The translations under genes were made by a program, and so were the position numbers. The notes under the pieces are model-generated. The model worked only from the letters and a program-made list of their open reading frames with translations, was not told the origin of the DNA and ran no database searches. Source: Promethearchaeota archaeon (lineage in GTDB: Archaea > Asgardarchaeota > Lokiarchaeia > Sigyniarchaeales > SOKP01). From it: a stretch of DNA of 64,000 nucleotides. The stretch is taken from NCBI GenBank assembly GCA_029838195.1, contig JALGVJ010000004.1, forward strand, positions 64,001 through 128,000. Direction: 5' to 3'. Of this stretch, positions 9,493-20,019 are shown in pieces; the stretch's first letter is position 1, and the number at the start of each line of letters is the position of its first letter.

Positions 9493-11505
9493 CTAATTAG
9501 AATACACTTTTTCTTTTATTTGATATTTCTCTTTCAATTCTTTGATTTTATCTCTCAAATAAGCTGCATCTTCGAAGCGAAGCTCATTTGCTGCCAGTAA
9601 CATTTTAGTTTCTAAATATTGAATCATCACATCAATATCTTCCATTTGTTCCAAAGTTTCATCTACAACTTTCTTTAATCGCTTGATTTCTCGTTCTTTA
9701 TATTCTTTTTCTTCTGAAAGTGATTGTAATATGTTTTTCTTAATAGTTTTGGGGGTAATTCCATGAGTCTTGTTATATAATAATTGTTTTGCACGACGTC
9801 GATTAGTCTCATTAATCGCATCTTGCATGGCTTGCGTGATTTTATTAGCATATAAAATTGCCCTTCCATTAACGTTTCGTGAAGCTCTTCCTATGGTTTG
9901 AATTAGAGATCTCGTATCTCTTAAAAATCCTAATTTATCCGCATCTAAAATGGCAACCAATTCTACTTCGGGCAAATCTAATCCTTCTCTAAGCAAGTTT
10001 ATTCCGACAATAGCATCAAAAGTACCATCTCGTAATTTTCTTAAAATATCAAAGCGTTCAACCGTATCTACTTCTGAATGCAAGTAAGCTATTTTTATAC
10101 CTAATTCAGAATAATATTCCGAGATATCCTCTGCCATTCTTTTTGTCAGCGTGGTAATTAAAATCCTTCCTCCCCGATTAATGACACCCCGCAGTTCATT
10201 AAGCAAATCATCAATTTGATTATCAGCCGGGCGCACTTCTACTTCGGGATCTACCAAGCCCGTGGGTCTGATAATTTGTTCAGCAGAAATTCCTCCGCTT
10301 TTCTTTAATTCATATTCACCGGGAGTGGCAGACATGAAAATAATATATTTAATTTTTTGTTCCCATTCTTCAAATTTTAAAGGCCTATTATCAAAAGCAC
10401 TGGGTAGTCGCCATCCATACTCAACAAGATTTTTTTTTCGAGAGATATCTCCTTCAATCATGCCGTGAATTTGGGGGATGGTAATGTGGGACTCATCCAC
10501 AACAATTAGAAAATCTTCCGGGAAATAATCGATCAAGCACATGGGTGGCGTGCCAGGAGGCCTTCCATCCAAGTGTCTAGAATAATTTTCTATTCCCTTA
10601 CAATACCCCATTTCCCGCATCATTTCTAAATCAAATTTAACCCTTTTTTCAATCCTCTGAGCCTCCGCATATTTTTTTTCTGCTTTAAACTTGGCTATTT
10701 GTTGTTCTAATTCTTTTTCGATTGATTCTAATGCTTTTTGCTTATTTTCATCCGGGATGATAAAATGAGTTGCTGGAAAGATGCGACAATTGGGCATGGA
10801 TTTAATGATATCATTACTGACGGGGTGAATTTCATGAATAGATTCAATCTCATCTCCAAAAAGAGAGATTCGTATTGCCGTGTCCAAGTAAGCGGGGAAA
10901 ACATCCACGATATCTCCTTTGACTCTTACTTGGCCTCGTTTAAATTCAACAGCACTTCTCTCATAATTCATCTTAATGAGTTTTTCTAAAATTTCTGAAC
11001 GTTTTATTTGTTGTCCCACTTCCAAGCTTATTGCAACATTGGTCCACACTTCGGGATTACCGATTCCATAAATACATGATACGGTCGCTACGATGATGAC
11101 ATCTTTTCTTGTTCTGATGGCATGAGTAGCTGCTAAGCGTAACTTTTCAATCTCCTCATTTACGCTAAAATCTTTTTCTATGTACATCCCTGTAGCGGGT
11201 AGATACGCTTCTGGTTGATAATAATCATAGTATGAAACGAAATAATGCACGGCATTATCTGGAAATAATTCTTTAAGTTCATTATATAATTGGGCAGCTA
11301 AAGTTTTATTAGGAGCCATTACTAACGTGGGTTTTTGGATTTCCTGAATGATATTCGCAATTGAAAACGTCTTGCCTGTTCCCGTCGCGCCAAGCAATGT
11401 TTGAAATCTTTTTCCTTTCATTATATTTTCTGCTAACGTTTTGATTGCTTCAGGTTGATCTCCCTTAGGAGAATAATCGGATTTTAATTTAAATTCAGAA
11501 GGCAT
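9493..11505 (-). CDS. uvrB: Excinuclease ABC subunit B
   Basis: GDQPEAI, GATGTGKT, YYDYYQPEAY beta-hairpin, DESH, GRASRN, C-terminal UVR domain (LRFEDAAYLRD). Confidence 0.97.
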   Translation of the reverse strand: MPSEFKLKSDYSPKGDQPEAIKTLAENIMKGKRFQTLLGATGTGKTFSIANIIQEIQKPTLVMAPNKTLAAQLYNELKELFPDNAVHYFVSYYDYYQPEAYLPATGMYIEKDFSVNEEIEKLRLAATHAIRTRKDVIIVATVSCIYGIGNPEVWTNVAISLEVGQQIKRSEILEKLIKMNYERSAVEFKRGQVRVKGDIVDVFPAYLDTAIRISLFGDEIESIHEIHPVSNDIIKSMPNCRIFPATHFIIPDENKQKALESIEKELEQQIAKFKAEKKYAEAQRIEKRVKFDLEMMREMGYCKGIENYSRHLDGRPPGTPPMCLIDYFPEDFLIVVDESHITIPQIHGMIEGDISRKKNLVEYGWRLPSAFDNRPLKFEEWEQKIKYIIFMSATPGEYELKKSGGISAEQIIRPTGLVDPEVEVRPADNQIDDLLNELRGVINRGGRILITTLTKRMAEDISEYYSELGIKIAYLHSEVDTVERFDILRKLRDGTFDAIVGINLLREGLDLPEVELVAILDADKLGFLRDTRSLIQTIGRASRNVNGRAILYANKITQAMQDAINETNRRRAKQLLYNKTHGITPKTIKKNILQSLSEEKEYKEREIKRLKKVVDETLEQMEDIDVMIQYLETKMLLAANELRFEDAAYLRDKIKELKEKYQIKEKVYSN

Positions 11506-11804
11506 GATATTTTTGAGGAACTAATTTTATTTTTATTTGGAACTCTAAACAACATCTAATTAATAGAAAATTATTAGTCAATAGTAATGATTTTTCATTA
11601 ATGATTTTTATTCTTATTTATTAAAACGAGGAAAATAAGGTTTAGGGAAAAATCAAACAAGAGAGATTACTATAATTAAGGGGAAATTTAATTAGAAATT
11701 ACATCATTCGAGCAAATCTGAGTATTTTAGAGGGGTGTTTCTCTTTTTATTTAAATATCGTTTTCATGAAAAAATGAGAAATTTTTATTGAATAATGATC
11801 ACAT

Positions 11805-14800
11805 TTAAGAGACCGTTTCTACATGAGCATCTTCAGCGCCTTCTGCCGTTCTTACCAAAATTTCAATCTTATTTCCAGATACAAAGGACCCTGCATTAGA
11901 TAGAGCCGTAGTCAAGGTCGTGGAGCCTCCCAATCCCTCAATGGTTTCTCCATTACTGAAGGTAAATTTAGACAAGGAAATTTGAGTACCATTAATAAAA
12001 ACGGATTCAATGGACACGTCTAACCTTGCAATATTCTCCACGTTTATTATCAAATCTCCACCTTCCGTTGCTGAGGTCCCCTCATCATTTATTCTAATGG
12101 CATGGAAGCGAGCGTCTACAGTAGCCTCTATGATTGTTTCATGAGAAGTGGCCGTCGCTGATATTTTAAGATTAATCTTATTAGATTCATTTATTTTTAG
12201 AGCAGGAATTGAAAAAGAGATGTAGGCGCATTCTTGGGGGGATAATACCTCATCTCCATGAAGAAATTCGACATCCTTGGGAATGGCTCGCGTGATGGTA
12301 TTATTAATAGTAAGTTGAGTGAGCGTGATGGCTGTATTTCCGGTATTTTTAATAACTACTTGCCCCGTTTCATTTGCTCTCACATGGGAAATGGTAATGT
12401 TATTAAATGTTTCAACTATTCTCACGCTAGGTTGTTTTTTCATGACATGAACGTATCCGACATCAGAAGCTTTAGTTTCTCCATTGAAACTCCCTGTAAT
12501 GGTAATCTTTATCTTATCATTAAGTTGAAACACATCTTTTTGCTTCGTTTCCATGATGATGGTATCGCTCTGTCCTGGAGTTAAAACAAAATCACCATAA
12601 ATCTTCGTCCAAGAATCGGGCTTGGTAAGAAGAATGGAATCGATTCCAAAAACGGTTTCTCCCGTGTTTTTTACTTCAATCTCGAGTCTGGTCTTGCCAT
12701 TATCTTGAAGAACCGCATGAGTAGAGCTTTCATTCAGTTGTATCGTATCTCTTAAAGTATCATTACCGATAGCCGTCGCTTCTGGAGAAGCGATGCGCTC
12801 TTCATTTAAAATACTTAATTCATAATTAGGATAATTTGAACTAAGGAGTAATTCATCTGAAATTCCATTTAAAGTAATAATTCCAATACTATTGGCAGTT
12901 CCAAGAGGAAAAAACGAAACTGAAGCATTCGGAAGATAGATCGAAACTTTTTCTCCCGGCGCTAAGACTTGAGACCCTTCTAAATATTCAATTTTACTGG
13001 TATTAAATCGATTTTCCGGAGTATTATTATTAATATAAAAGGTATCTAAAACCTCAATAGAACCACCATCATTCTCTACTTCTAAATAGACGTTAGCGAA
13101 AGTTTCATTAATTTGCTCCACCCGGCTATTTTCTTTATTAATTTTAATAGAACCGGGTTCAACACCTTCTACGAAAAAGTATTTTGTATAATTACTAAAG
13201 ATATATTTTTTATTTTCTAAAGCTTCCGCTTCAGCAGTTACATTGTAAAATACGGTATCTTTTAATCGAAACTCATTTAATCCCGTATCCACGAAGATTG
13301 TAGTTTTTTGTCCCGCAGGGATTAACGTGTTATTATTTAATTGGCTTGTAGTAAAGTTGTATTTAATATTATTAATATATACGTTATCAATATTTAAATC
13401 TCGTGTTCCCGTATTATGAAGAATAAATGTTCCATACCCACTATTATATATTTTTGGATTTTCAATGGAAAAACTTGATTCTAAAGCAGTATAATCAATT
13501 TTATACAATTTAACTAATCCATTTCGCGAAAAATACTCCTTATTAAAGACCTTAAAATCATATAAGCCATTAGGCGGAATGTGAGACGCATATGTATTTC
13601 CATTATCATCTTTTTGATTATTAATGTAATTAGCATAATACCCTTTTAAGGTGTTGGAACTATATAAATTGGGATTCGTGGGCTCTTCATATGTTAACAA
13701 TTTAAATAATTGAGATTGGAACCAATAATCTTCATATTTTCCCGTAGAACTGTTAATGTACTTGCTTTCATCAAAAACGGCATCTTGTTCCCAATTATCC
13801 TCTTCCCATCCTTTATCTTTATAAATTTCATAATTATCATTACAAATTCTAACCATCCACTGCCATTTTCCTTCATCTCCGGCAAAACCTGATATGAAAA
13901 ATCCAAAGTATACTAGTACATAATCAGCTTTCAATCTTTTAAAAGCCTTTGCACTATATATTTCATTTGTTTGCATCATTCCCATACCAGTAAGACCAAT
14001 TCTAGTTGAATTTACGGTCGCATTATCATTTACAGAGGTTACATTCCCTATTGGCGTGACCCAATAACCATAATCCCACCAACACGCAACCACATCATCT
14101 CCATCAAGATTATTTTCCATCCATGTCAAGGTTTCTTCCCAATCGTGAAATTGTCCATTAACAATCATCTGAGTGTACGAAAGTTGATTAATGGAAATAT
14201 TCGTCCCGTGCAAGATTTGGGCAAACACTAAAAATCCTATTATGAAATACACCGTGAAAATTTCGGATTCTCCTAATGCTCTTTTTATTTGCCTCCGTCT
14301 TTTTCTACTAATTCCGAATTTTCTTTCACCATATAAGCTTCCATAAAGTTTTAAAACATTAACTAATCCATAAGCCCCCATTAGGGAAGCTGCTGGCGCA
14401 AATAATAAGATGATTCTTATCATGCTTCCGGTAAGATAAAATAATGTTAAAAGAAAAATGATTAAAAATACATCCGATACATCCGATCGCTTAAAACAGA
14501 AAAATAATCCAAGTGGAAGAATAATCATGGGAATTAAGGTATTATAGTAAAATACACTCCACGCACTAGGCGCGTGCTCAGCAACCGAAGCTACTAAACT
14601 TAGATCTTCTCTTATTAATGGACTTAATATGCTTTTCAGTCGTGGTCCAAAACCAAGAGGAATTAAATCGGGTTTAACCCAAACAATGATTGCTAAAATC
14701 AAGACTGCTGGTATTAATCCCCACTTTATGCCATTTAAAAATCCGGCATAAAATCTCGGATATTTGCTCTTCGATTTATAGAGAAAATGATAAAAAATCA

Positions 14801-15656
14801 TTATTATAGTGAAGAGGAACACCCCTAGATTTTTATAATCAGAAAATAATTCATTATAATTATACAAAACAAACAAGGAATTGACAAGAAAGCCCATGCC
14901 TTCCACGCCAGCATAGGCGATTAATAGATTTTCATCATATTTTTTAATTAAGATTAAAACAAACGTGATTAAAGGAATCATTAAATATACATATGAATAA
15001 CCCCCCCAGCTTAATCCTAAATAACCTAAGAATAATCCTCCAATCATAGAATAGGTAATTTTCCCGGTTTTTACTGCTTTAATGAAGAATAAGAAAGTCA
15101 TTAATGTAGCAAACACGCCAATCGTCTCATTGTCGAAAAAACCAGCCATGGTACGTTGCATATGTCCCACATTAAAAGCTAAGAAAAACGCAGCGAATAA
15201 CCCACATCCGCGATTTAATATCTCTTTTCCTAAAAAATACATTACAAGAACGGTGACACCTCCCATGAAAGCGGGAAAAAAATAGCATACTTCATAAATG
15301 CTGATGGATAATCCGAAAAAATTCAAAATCTTATAAATAATGACCACGGTAAAAGTTAATCCTGGTCGGAGTGTCCCTCTATCGAAGCCTTCGGGATACC
15401 AGCTCTTGCTATCATGCCAATTAAAATATTCATAAAGTGAATGTTCAGAAAGATATTTAGCATTATAATATTGGATCCAAGGGTCAAAAGCTTTAATAAG
15501 ATAAGGTCCTCTAAGAATGGGAGTTAACCTAATCATTATAGCGAGAAGTACAGTTAAAAAAAGAGCGATAAATAAGAGAATATTTTCTCTTCGAACGTTT
15601 AATTTCGCTCTTGCGATGTCAGTTAAATTTTGAATGCTCTCGCTAATTTTAGACAT
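11805..15656 (-). CDS. aglB: Oligosaccharyltransferase AglB/STT3 with a long C-terminal Ig-like repeat extension
   Basis: FDPW, GFFDNE, SVAEH, WWDYG, DNAT and DEGKWQWMVRI (DK-type) motifs; multi-pass membrane N-terminal half. Confidence 0.93.
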   Translation of the reverse strand: MSKISESIQNLTDIARAKLNVRRENILLFIALFLTVLLAIMIRLTPILRGPYLIKAFDPWIQYYNAKYLSEHSLYEYFNWHDSKSWYPEGFDRGTLRPGLTFTVVIIYKILNFFGLSISIYEVCYFFPAFMGGVTVLVMYFLGKEILNRGCGLFAAFFLAFNVGHMQRTMAGFFDNETIGVFATLMTFLFFIKAVKTGKITYSMIGGLFLGYLGLSWGGYSYVYLMIPLITFVLILIKKYDENLLIAYAGVEGMGFLVNSLFVLYNYNELFSDYKNLGVFLFTIIMIFYHFLYKSKSKYPRFYAGFLNGIKWGLIPAVLILAIIVWVKPDLIPLGFGPRLKSILSPLIREDLSLVASVAEHAPSAWSVFYYNTLIPMIILPLGLFFCFKRSDVSDVFLIIFLLTLFYLTGSMIRIILLFAPAASLMGAYGLVNVLKLYGSLYGERKFGISRKRRRQIKRALGESEIFTVYFIIGFLVFAQILHGTNISINQLSYTQMIVNGQFHDWEETLTWMENNLDGDDVVACWWDYGYWVTPIGNVTSVNDNATVNSTRIGLTGMGMMQTNEIYSAKAFKRLKADYVLVYFGFFISGFAGDEGKWQWMVRICNDNYEIYKDKGWEEDNWEQDAVFDESKYINSSTGKYEDYWFQSQLFKLLTYEEPTNPNLYSSNTLKGYYANYINNQKDDNGNTYASHIPPNGLYDFKVFNKEYFSRNGLVKLYKIDYTALESSFSIENPKIYNSGYGTFILHNTGTRDLNIDNVYINNIKYNFTTSQLNNNTLIPAGQKTTIFVDTGLNEFRLKDTVFYNVTAEAEALENKKYIFSNYTKYFFVEGVEPGSIKINKENSRVEQINETFANVYLEVENDGGSIEVLDTFYINNNTPENRFNTSKIEYLEGSQVLAPGEKVSIYLPNASVSFFPLGTANSIGIITLNGISDELLLSSNYPNYELSILNEERIASPEATAIGNDTLRDTIQLNESSTHAVLQDNGKTRLEIEVKNTGETVFGIDSILLTKPDSWTKIYGDFVLTPGQSDTIIMETKQKDVFQLNDKIKITITGSFNGETKASDVGYVHVMKKQPSVRIVETFNNITISHVRANETGQVVIKNTGNTAITLTQLTINNTITRAIPKDVEFLHGDEVLSPQECAYISFSIPALKINESNKINLKISATATSHETIIEATVDARFHAIRINDEGTSATEGGDLIINVENIARLDVSIESVFINGTQISLSKFTFSNGETIEGLGGSTTLTTALSNAGSFVSGNKIEILVRTAEGAEDAHVETVS

Positions 15657-15837
15657 GTTTAATGGTAAAAATTCCGATTTGATTAAACTCTGCTTGTTGA
15701 ATATTAAAAATTTACTTATCTTTAAAAGATTTTTCTTAATCTTAAAGAAACGGGTAGGTATTTTAGAAATATGTTGAGAATGCTTAAGAATATTAGTGGA
15801 TTTTCATTATTCTCACTTACAAGAAAATTATGAAATA

Positions 15838-16689
15838 ATGAATGAAAAGAAATACTTGATACGATTCTATTACATTGGAAAAAAGAAATATTACGGAACG
15901 CAGAGGCAATCCCCTGACATTTTAACTATAGAACAATGCTTGATTGAAGCATTGATTAAAAGAAATTACATGCAGGAGCCAAGAAGTGCTAAGTTTGAGC
16001 TTGCAAGTCGAACGGATAGGGGGGTTTCAGCACGCGCTGCTTGTTTTTCCTTTTTTTCGATGAGAACACCAATATTAATGGAACTAAACTCCATTCTTCC
16101 TCCTTCTATAGGACTCTACTCTTTCTGTGAAGTTCCAAAAAATTTTTCTTCCCGCCATGATGCAATAATGAGACATTACAAGTATATCGTACCCATCCCC
16201 CTTTCCATTTTCAAAAAAGAAAAGGAGTTAAATTTAGATATGATGAGACAGGCTTGTAACGCCTTAAAGGGACGTCATAATTTTGTTAATTTTCATAAAT
16301 GGGGGAAGGAAAAAGTGAATACCGTTAGAGACCTTGAGGTTGCTAGCATGGAGGTAATTAGTGATTTTATAGTATTCGATTTTAAAAGTCAAGGATTTCT
16401 CAGACAACAAGTAAGGCGCATGGTAAAAAAAATCTTGGAAGTAGGAATGGGTTTGATAAAATTTGATGATTTTTTAGAATTATTTAACCCTGAAAAGGGC
16501 ATTTCTTACCAACCTGCCGATCCTGTAGGACTCATTTTATGGGATATTTTATATAATCCCGATATTAAATTCCGGCAAGATCCAAAATCGTTAAAGAGAA
16601 TGAAACGTTATTTTCAAACCCATTATTTAAAGTACCGACATAGAGCATTACTCTTTAGCCTCTTGGAGCAAGGCAATGCGAGAAAATAA
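15838..16689 (+). CDS. truA: tRNA pseudouridine(38-40) synthase TruA
   Basis: YYGTQRQ, SRTDRGVSA with catalytic Asp, GRHNFVNF, GFLRQQVRRMV. Start placed at ATG 15838. Confidence 0.9.
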   Translation: MNEKKYLIRFYYIGKKKYYGTQRQSPDILTIEQCLIEALIKRNYMQEPRSAKFELASRTDRGVSARAACFSFFSMRTPILMELNSILPPSIGLYSFCEVPKNFSSRHDAIMRHYKYIVPIPLSIFKKEKELNLDMMRQACNALKGRHNFVNFHKWGKEKVNTVRDLEVASMEVISDFIVFDFKSQGFLRQQVRRMVKKILEVGMGLIKFDDFLELFNPEKGISYQPADPVGLILWDILYNPDIKFRQDPKSLKRMKRYFQTHYLKYRHRALLFSLLEQGNARK

Positions 16690-17616
16690 TGCTTGTAGTT
16701 GAATCTCTTCTGTAGCGCCTTGGCTCAACCGATATTCAAATTCAGCCAAAATTTTAATTAATTCTAATTTTTGTTTTTCAGGTATTTCTAAATCATAGAT
16801 TTCTTGATGAATGTTTTTTATAATACTTCGACCTGAAAGGCCGTATTCCTTAATTAAATCATCCAACAATTTTAAGACTAGTGGTAAGTGTCCCTCCAGA
16901 GCGGTTTCTAAAATTTTTTTAATTTTATCAGAGGGTACCTCTCCAGCAACGCGAAATATAAGATCAGCATCTATTTTTTTCGAGAGCGTTCCACAAGATT
17001 GTAAATAGTTAATTGCCCGTCTACAATCTCCTCCCGACACATCCACTAAGGCATTTAATCCATCTTCCGTGATCTGAAGTTTTTCATTTTTTGCGACAAA
17101 TTTCACTCTTTTTTTAATATCTTCTTTACTTAACAAAGAAAATCTGAACACCACGCATCTAGATTGAATGGGAGGGATAATTTTATTGGAATAATTACAT
17201 ATCAATATCATTCTACAATTCTTCGTGTACTTTTCCATAGTTCGTCTCAAGGCTTGTTGGGCAGGTGCCGTCATGTTATCTGCCTCATCTAGAATCAAGA
17301 TTTTAAATGGAATGTCATGAGGGGGTTTGGATTTAGCAAAATCTTTAATAATTGTTCTGATAACATCAATACCGCGAGCATCACTCGCATTTAACTCGAT
17401 GTGAGTGTTATTAGGACTCATGTTCTTACCATACAATTCTCTCACGATTGCCAAGGCAGAGGTGGTTTTTCCCGTTCCAGCGGGTCCCGCAAAAATCAAA
17501 TGGGGCATTGATTGATCTTTTACAAACTGTTTTAATCGCTTGATGATTCCTTTTTGATTAATTATATCATCTAATATACGTGGTCGGTATTTTTCCACCC
17601 AAGGATATGCTGACAT
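16648..17616 (-). CDS. rfcS: Replication factor C small subunit
   Basis: PWVEKYRP, GPAGTGKT, ELNASDARG, LDEAD, QSRC. Start placed at MSAYPW (ATG 17616). No intein. Confidence 0.96.
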   Translation of the reverse strand: MSAYPWVEKYRPRILDDIINQKGIIKRLKQFVKDQSMPHLIFAGPAGTGKTTSALAIVRELYGKNMSPNNTHIELNASDARGIDVIRTIIKDFAKSKPPHDIPFKILILDEADNMTAPAQQALRRTMEKYTKNCRMILICNYSNKIIPPIQSRCVVFRFSLLSKEDIKKRVKFVAKNEKLQITEDGLNALVDVSGGDCRRAINYLQSCGTLSKKIDADLIFRVAGEVPSDKIKKILETALEGHLPLVLKLLDDLIKEYGLSGRSIIKNIHQEIYDLEIPEKQKLELIKILAEFEYRLSQGATEEIQLQALFSRIALLQEAKE

Positions 17617-17875
17617 GTTAAAATGAACAAAATTATCTATTTTTATTAATGGATAAGAAGGAATCGAAATAAATTTTATTAACAATAGATATGATGGTTT
17701 TAGATAAACCAATCTAAAAGGAATTTTTTTCCATTTTTATCATCCAAGGAGCGTTTAATTTTATTAACAAGGATATTTGAAATTTAATGAAAAGAAATAA
17801 GAGGAATGAATGAATTTTCATTTTTAATACAATTTAAAGATTACATAGTAATTAATTAAAACGAAGAGAAATCAC

Positions 17876-19177
17876 ATGGAGAGTAAAATAACAAGAATAA
17901 AATCTCGATGGATATTGGATTCACGAGGTAATCCTACGGTAGAAACGGAAATATGGGCAAATAAAATGATGGCACGAGCAGCCGTTCCTTCAGGAGCATC
18001 TACGGGGGAGAATGAAGCTTTAGAATTAAGAGATGGTGGGGATGCTTTCCTTGGAAAGCATGTATCTAAAGCTGTTGCTAACGTGAATACGGTCATTGCG
18101 AAAAAATTAATTGGGTTAGATGTTTTTAATCAAGAGGAACTTGATAAAACCATGCTTGAATTAGATGGCACGGAAAATAAAAGCAAGTTAGGAGCTAATG
18201 CGATATTATCCGTTTCCATGGCAGTTGCTAAATTAGCAGCTAAAGTGGCTGAAAAGCCCCTCTTTCAATATCTTTATGAATTAATTCACGGGAAAACTGC
18301 GAACAAGTATTTATTGCCTATGCCTTTTTCAAATATTCTTAATGGGGGTGAACATGCGGGAAATAATCTTTCCATTCAAGAATTCATGATTATACCCGTG
18401 GGTGCAAAATCATTTTCTCAAGCCCTTAAAATGATCGTGGAAGTTTATCAAACTCTCAAGCAATTGTTGACTAAGAATTATGGAAAGCCTTCAGCTAACG
18501 TGGGAGATGAGGGAGGATTTGCTCCCAATTTTTCTAAAACTAGAGAGGCTTTGGACATCATCTTGGAAGCTATAGAGAAAGCCGGGTATTTAGAAGGTAC
18601 AGATTTTGTATTGGGCTTAGATGCTGCTGCGAGCGAATTCTATAAAGAAAACATGTATCAAATTGATGGGAGAAACTTGAACGAGGATGAGTTGCTCCAA
18701 TATTATCTTGACTTGCTCCATGATTATCCCATAAATTCCATTGAAGATCCCTTTGAAGAAAATGCCTTTCGTGCGTTTGCTAAATTAACTTCTAAGCTCG
18801 ACAAGTCCATTCAAATCGTTTGCGACGATCTTACGGTTACTAATATCAAATTATTAGAGAAAGCTATAAAGGAAAATGCGGGAAATACCTTGCTTTTAAA
18901 AGTTAATCAGATAGGCTCTTTAACAGAAGCAATTAAAGCTGCTAAATTAGCTTTTGAAAATCGATTTAATGTCATGGTATCCCATCGTTCAGGAGAAACA
19001 GAAGATATTTTCATAGCAGATTTAGCCGTAGGATTATGCTCTGGCCAAATAAAAACAGGAGCTCCTGCAAGAACGGATAGGACATGTAAATATAACCAGC
19101 TCTTACGTATTGAAGATTATTTAGGCGAGAATGCTCAATTTCCGGACTATTTTGATTCGTGGAAAAAGTTTCAATAA
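17876..19177 (+). CDS. eno: Enolase
   Basis: DSRGNPTVE, VPSGASTG, GDEGG, LLKVNQIG, SHRSGETED, GQIKTG. Confidence 0.97.
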   Translation: MESKITRIKSRWILDSRGNPTVETEIWANKMMARAAVPSGASTGENEALELRDGGDAFLGKHVSKAVANVNTVIAKKLIGLDVFNQEELDKTMLELDGTENKSKLGANAILSVSMAVAKLAAKVAEKPLFQYLYELIHGKTANKYLLPMPFSNILNGGEHAGNNLSIQEFMIIPVGAKSFSQALKMIVEVYQTLKQLLTKNYGKPSANVGDEGGFAPNFSKTREALDIILEAIEKAGYLEGTDFVLGLDAAASEFYKENMYQIDGRNLNEDELLQYYLDLLHDYPINSIEDPFEENAFRAFAKLTSKLDKSIQIVCDDLTVTNIKLLEKAIKENAGNTLLLKVNQIGSLTEAIKAAKLAFENRFNVMVSHRSGETEDIFIADLAVGLCSGQIKTGAPARTDRTCKYNQLLRIEDYLGENAQFPDYFDSWKKFQ

Positions 19178-19264
19178 CCCGCTCTATTCATTTTTAAGTG
19201 ATAATTTTTCTCTCTTAAAATAATAAAAACCAAAATTTTAAACTTTAAGGAATAAAACTCCATT

Positions 19265-19918
19265 TCAAGAACTTTTAATAAATCGATATACATTTACATT
19301 TATTTTTTTGCTTTTTAGTTCATGAAAATTATATGTTTTTTCTATAATTAAAGTATGAGGAAAGTAATAATCGATCTTCCATCCTAATTTTTCAACATGG
19401 CGTTTAATAAAGGCGTGATTTTTTTCTCCTGCTAAATGCATGGAATATACCACGTAGGAAAAAGAAAATGCTTGTTGTAAGAAAATTCTATCCGCATGTC
19501 GTTTTTTTACACCAAAAGGAGGATTCATGATGGTACAAATTTGAAGGTTTTCATTAATTTTTCCCATTCTCAAGGGAAAAAATTCTATATCCGCACATAT
19601 AACGTGAATGGGCGTTATAGGTTTTAATTTTAGTAGATTCATTCTTAAAACATAAAGAGCACTGGGGTCGATATCCATGCTAAAAATGCACGAGGGATGT
19701 AGAAAAATACTGGCAAGAGTTAACCGTCCAGTACCTGCCCCCAGATCAAAAACAACCTTGTTGGTAATATCATTAAATTCTACACCAGCAAAAAAAATAA
19801 GATCCACTGCACTGGTAGCATCAATGCAGTATTGTTCAAATTTAACGTTAGGTTGGTTAAAACTGTATAATTCTTGAATTAACTCAATAATTTCTTTTTT
19901 TTTCGTCTCAACCACCAC
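19265..19918 (-). CDS. METTL5-family rRNA N6-adenine methyltransferase
   Basis: EQY motif, DLGAGTG SAM-binding loop, MNPPFG, YSMH; next to csl4 as in other archaea. Confidence 0.85.
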   Translation of the reverse strand: MVVETKKKEIIELIQELYSFNQPNVKFEQYCIDATSAVDLIFFAGVEFNDITNKVVFDLGAGTGRLTLASIFLHPSCIFSMDIDPSALYVLRMNLLKLKPITPIHVICADIEFFPLRMGKINENLQICTIMNPPFGVKKRHADRIFLQQAFSFSYVVYSMHLAGEKNHAFIKRHVEKLGWKIDYYFPHTLIIEKTYNFHELKSKKINVNVYRFIKSS

Positions 19919-20019
19919 GCTTGCGCTGTAAATTATAAAGTCTCATCCAAAAATTTATTTACCTTGAAAAATATATTTTCTATAAGATTGAGAAAGTTTA
20001 AAACCTTGTGTACATCAAA

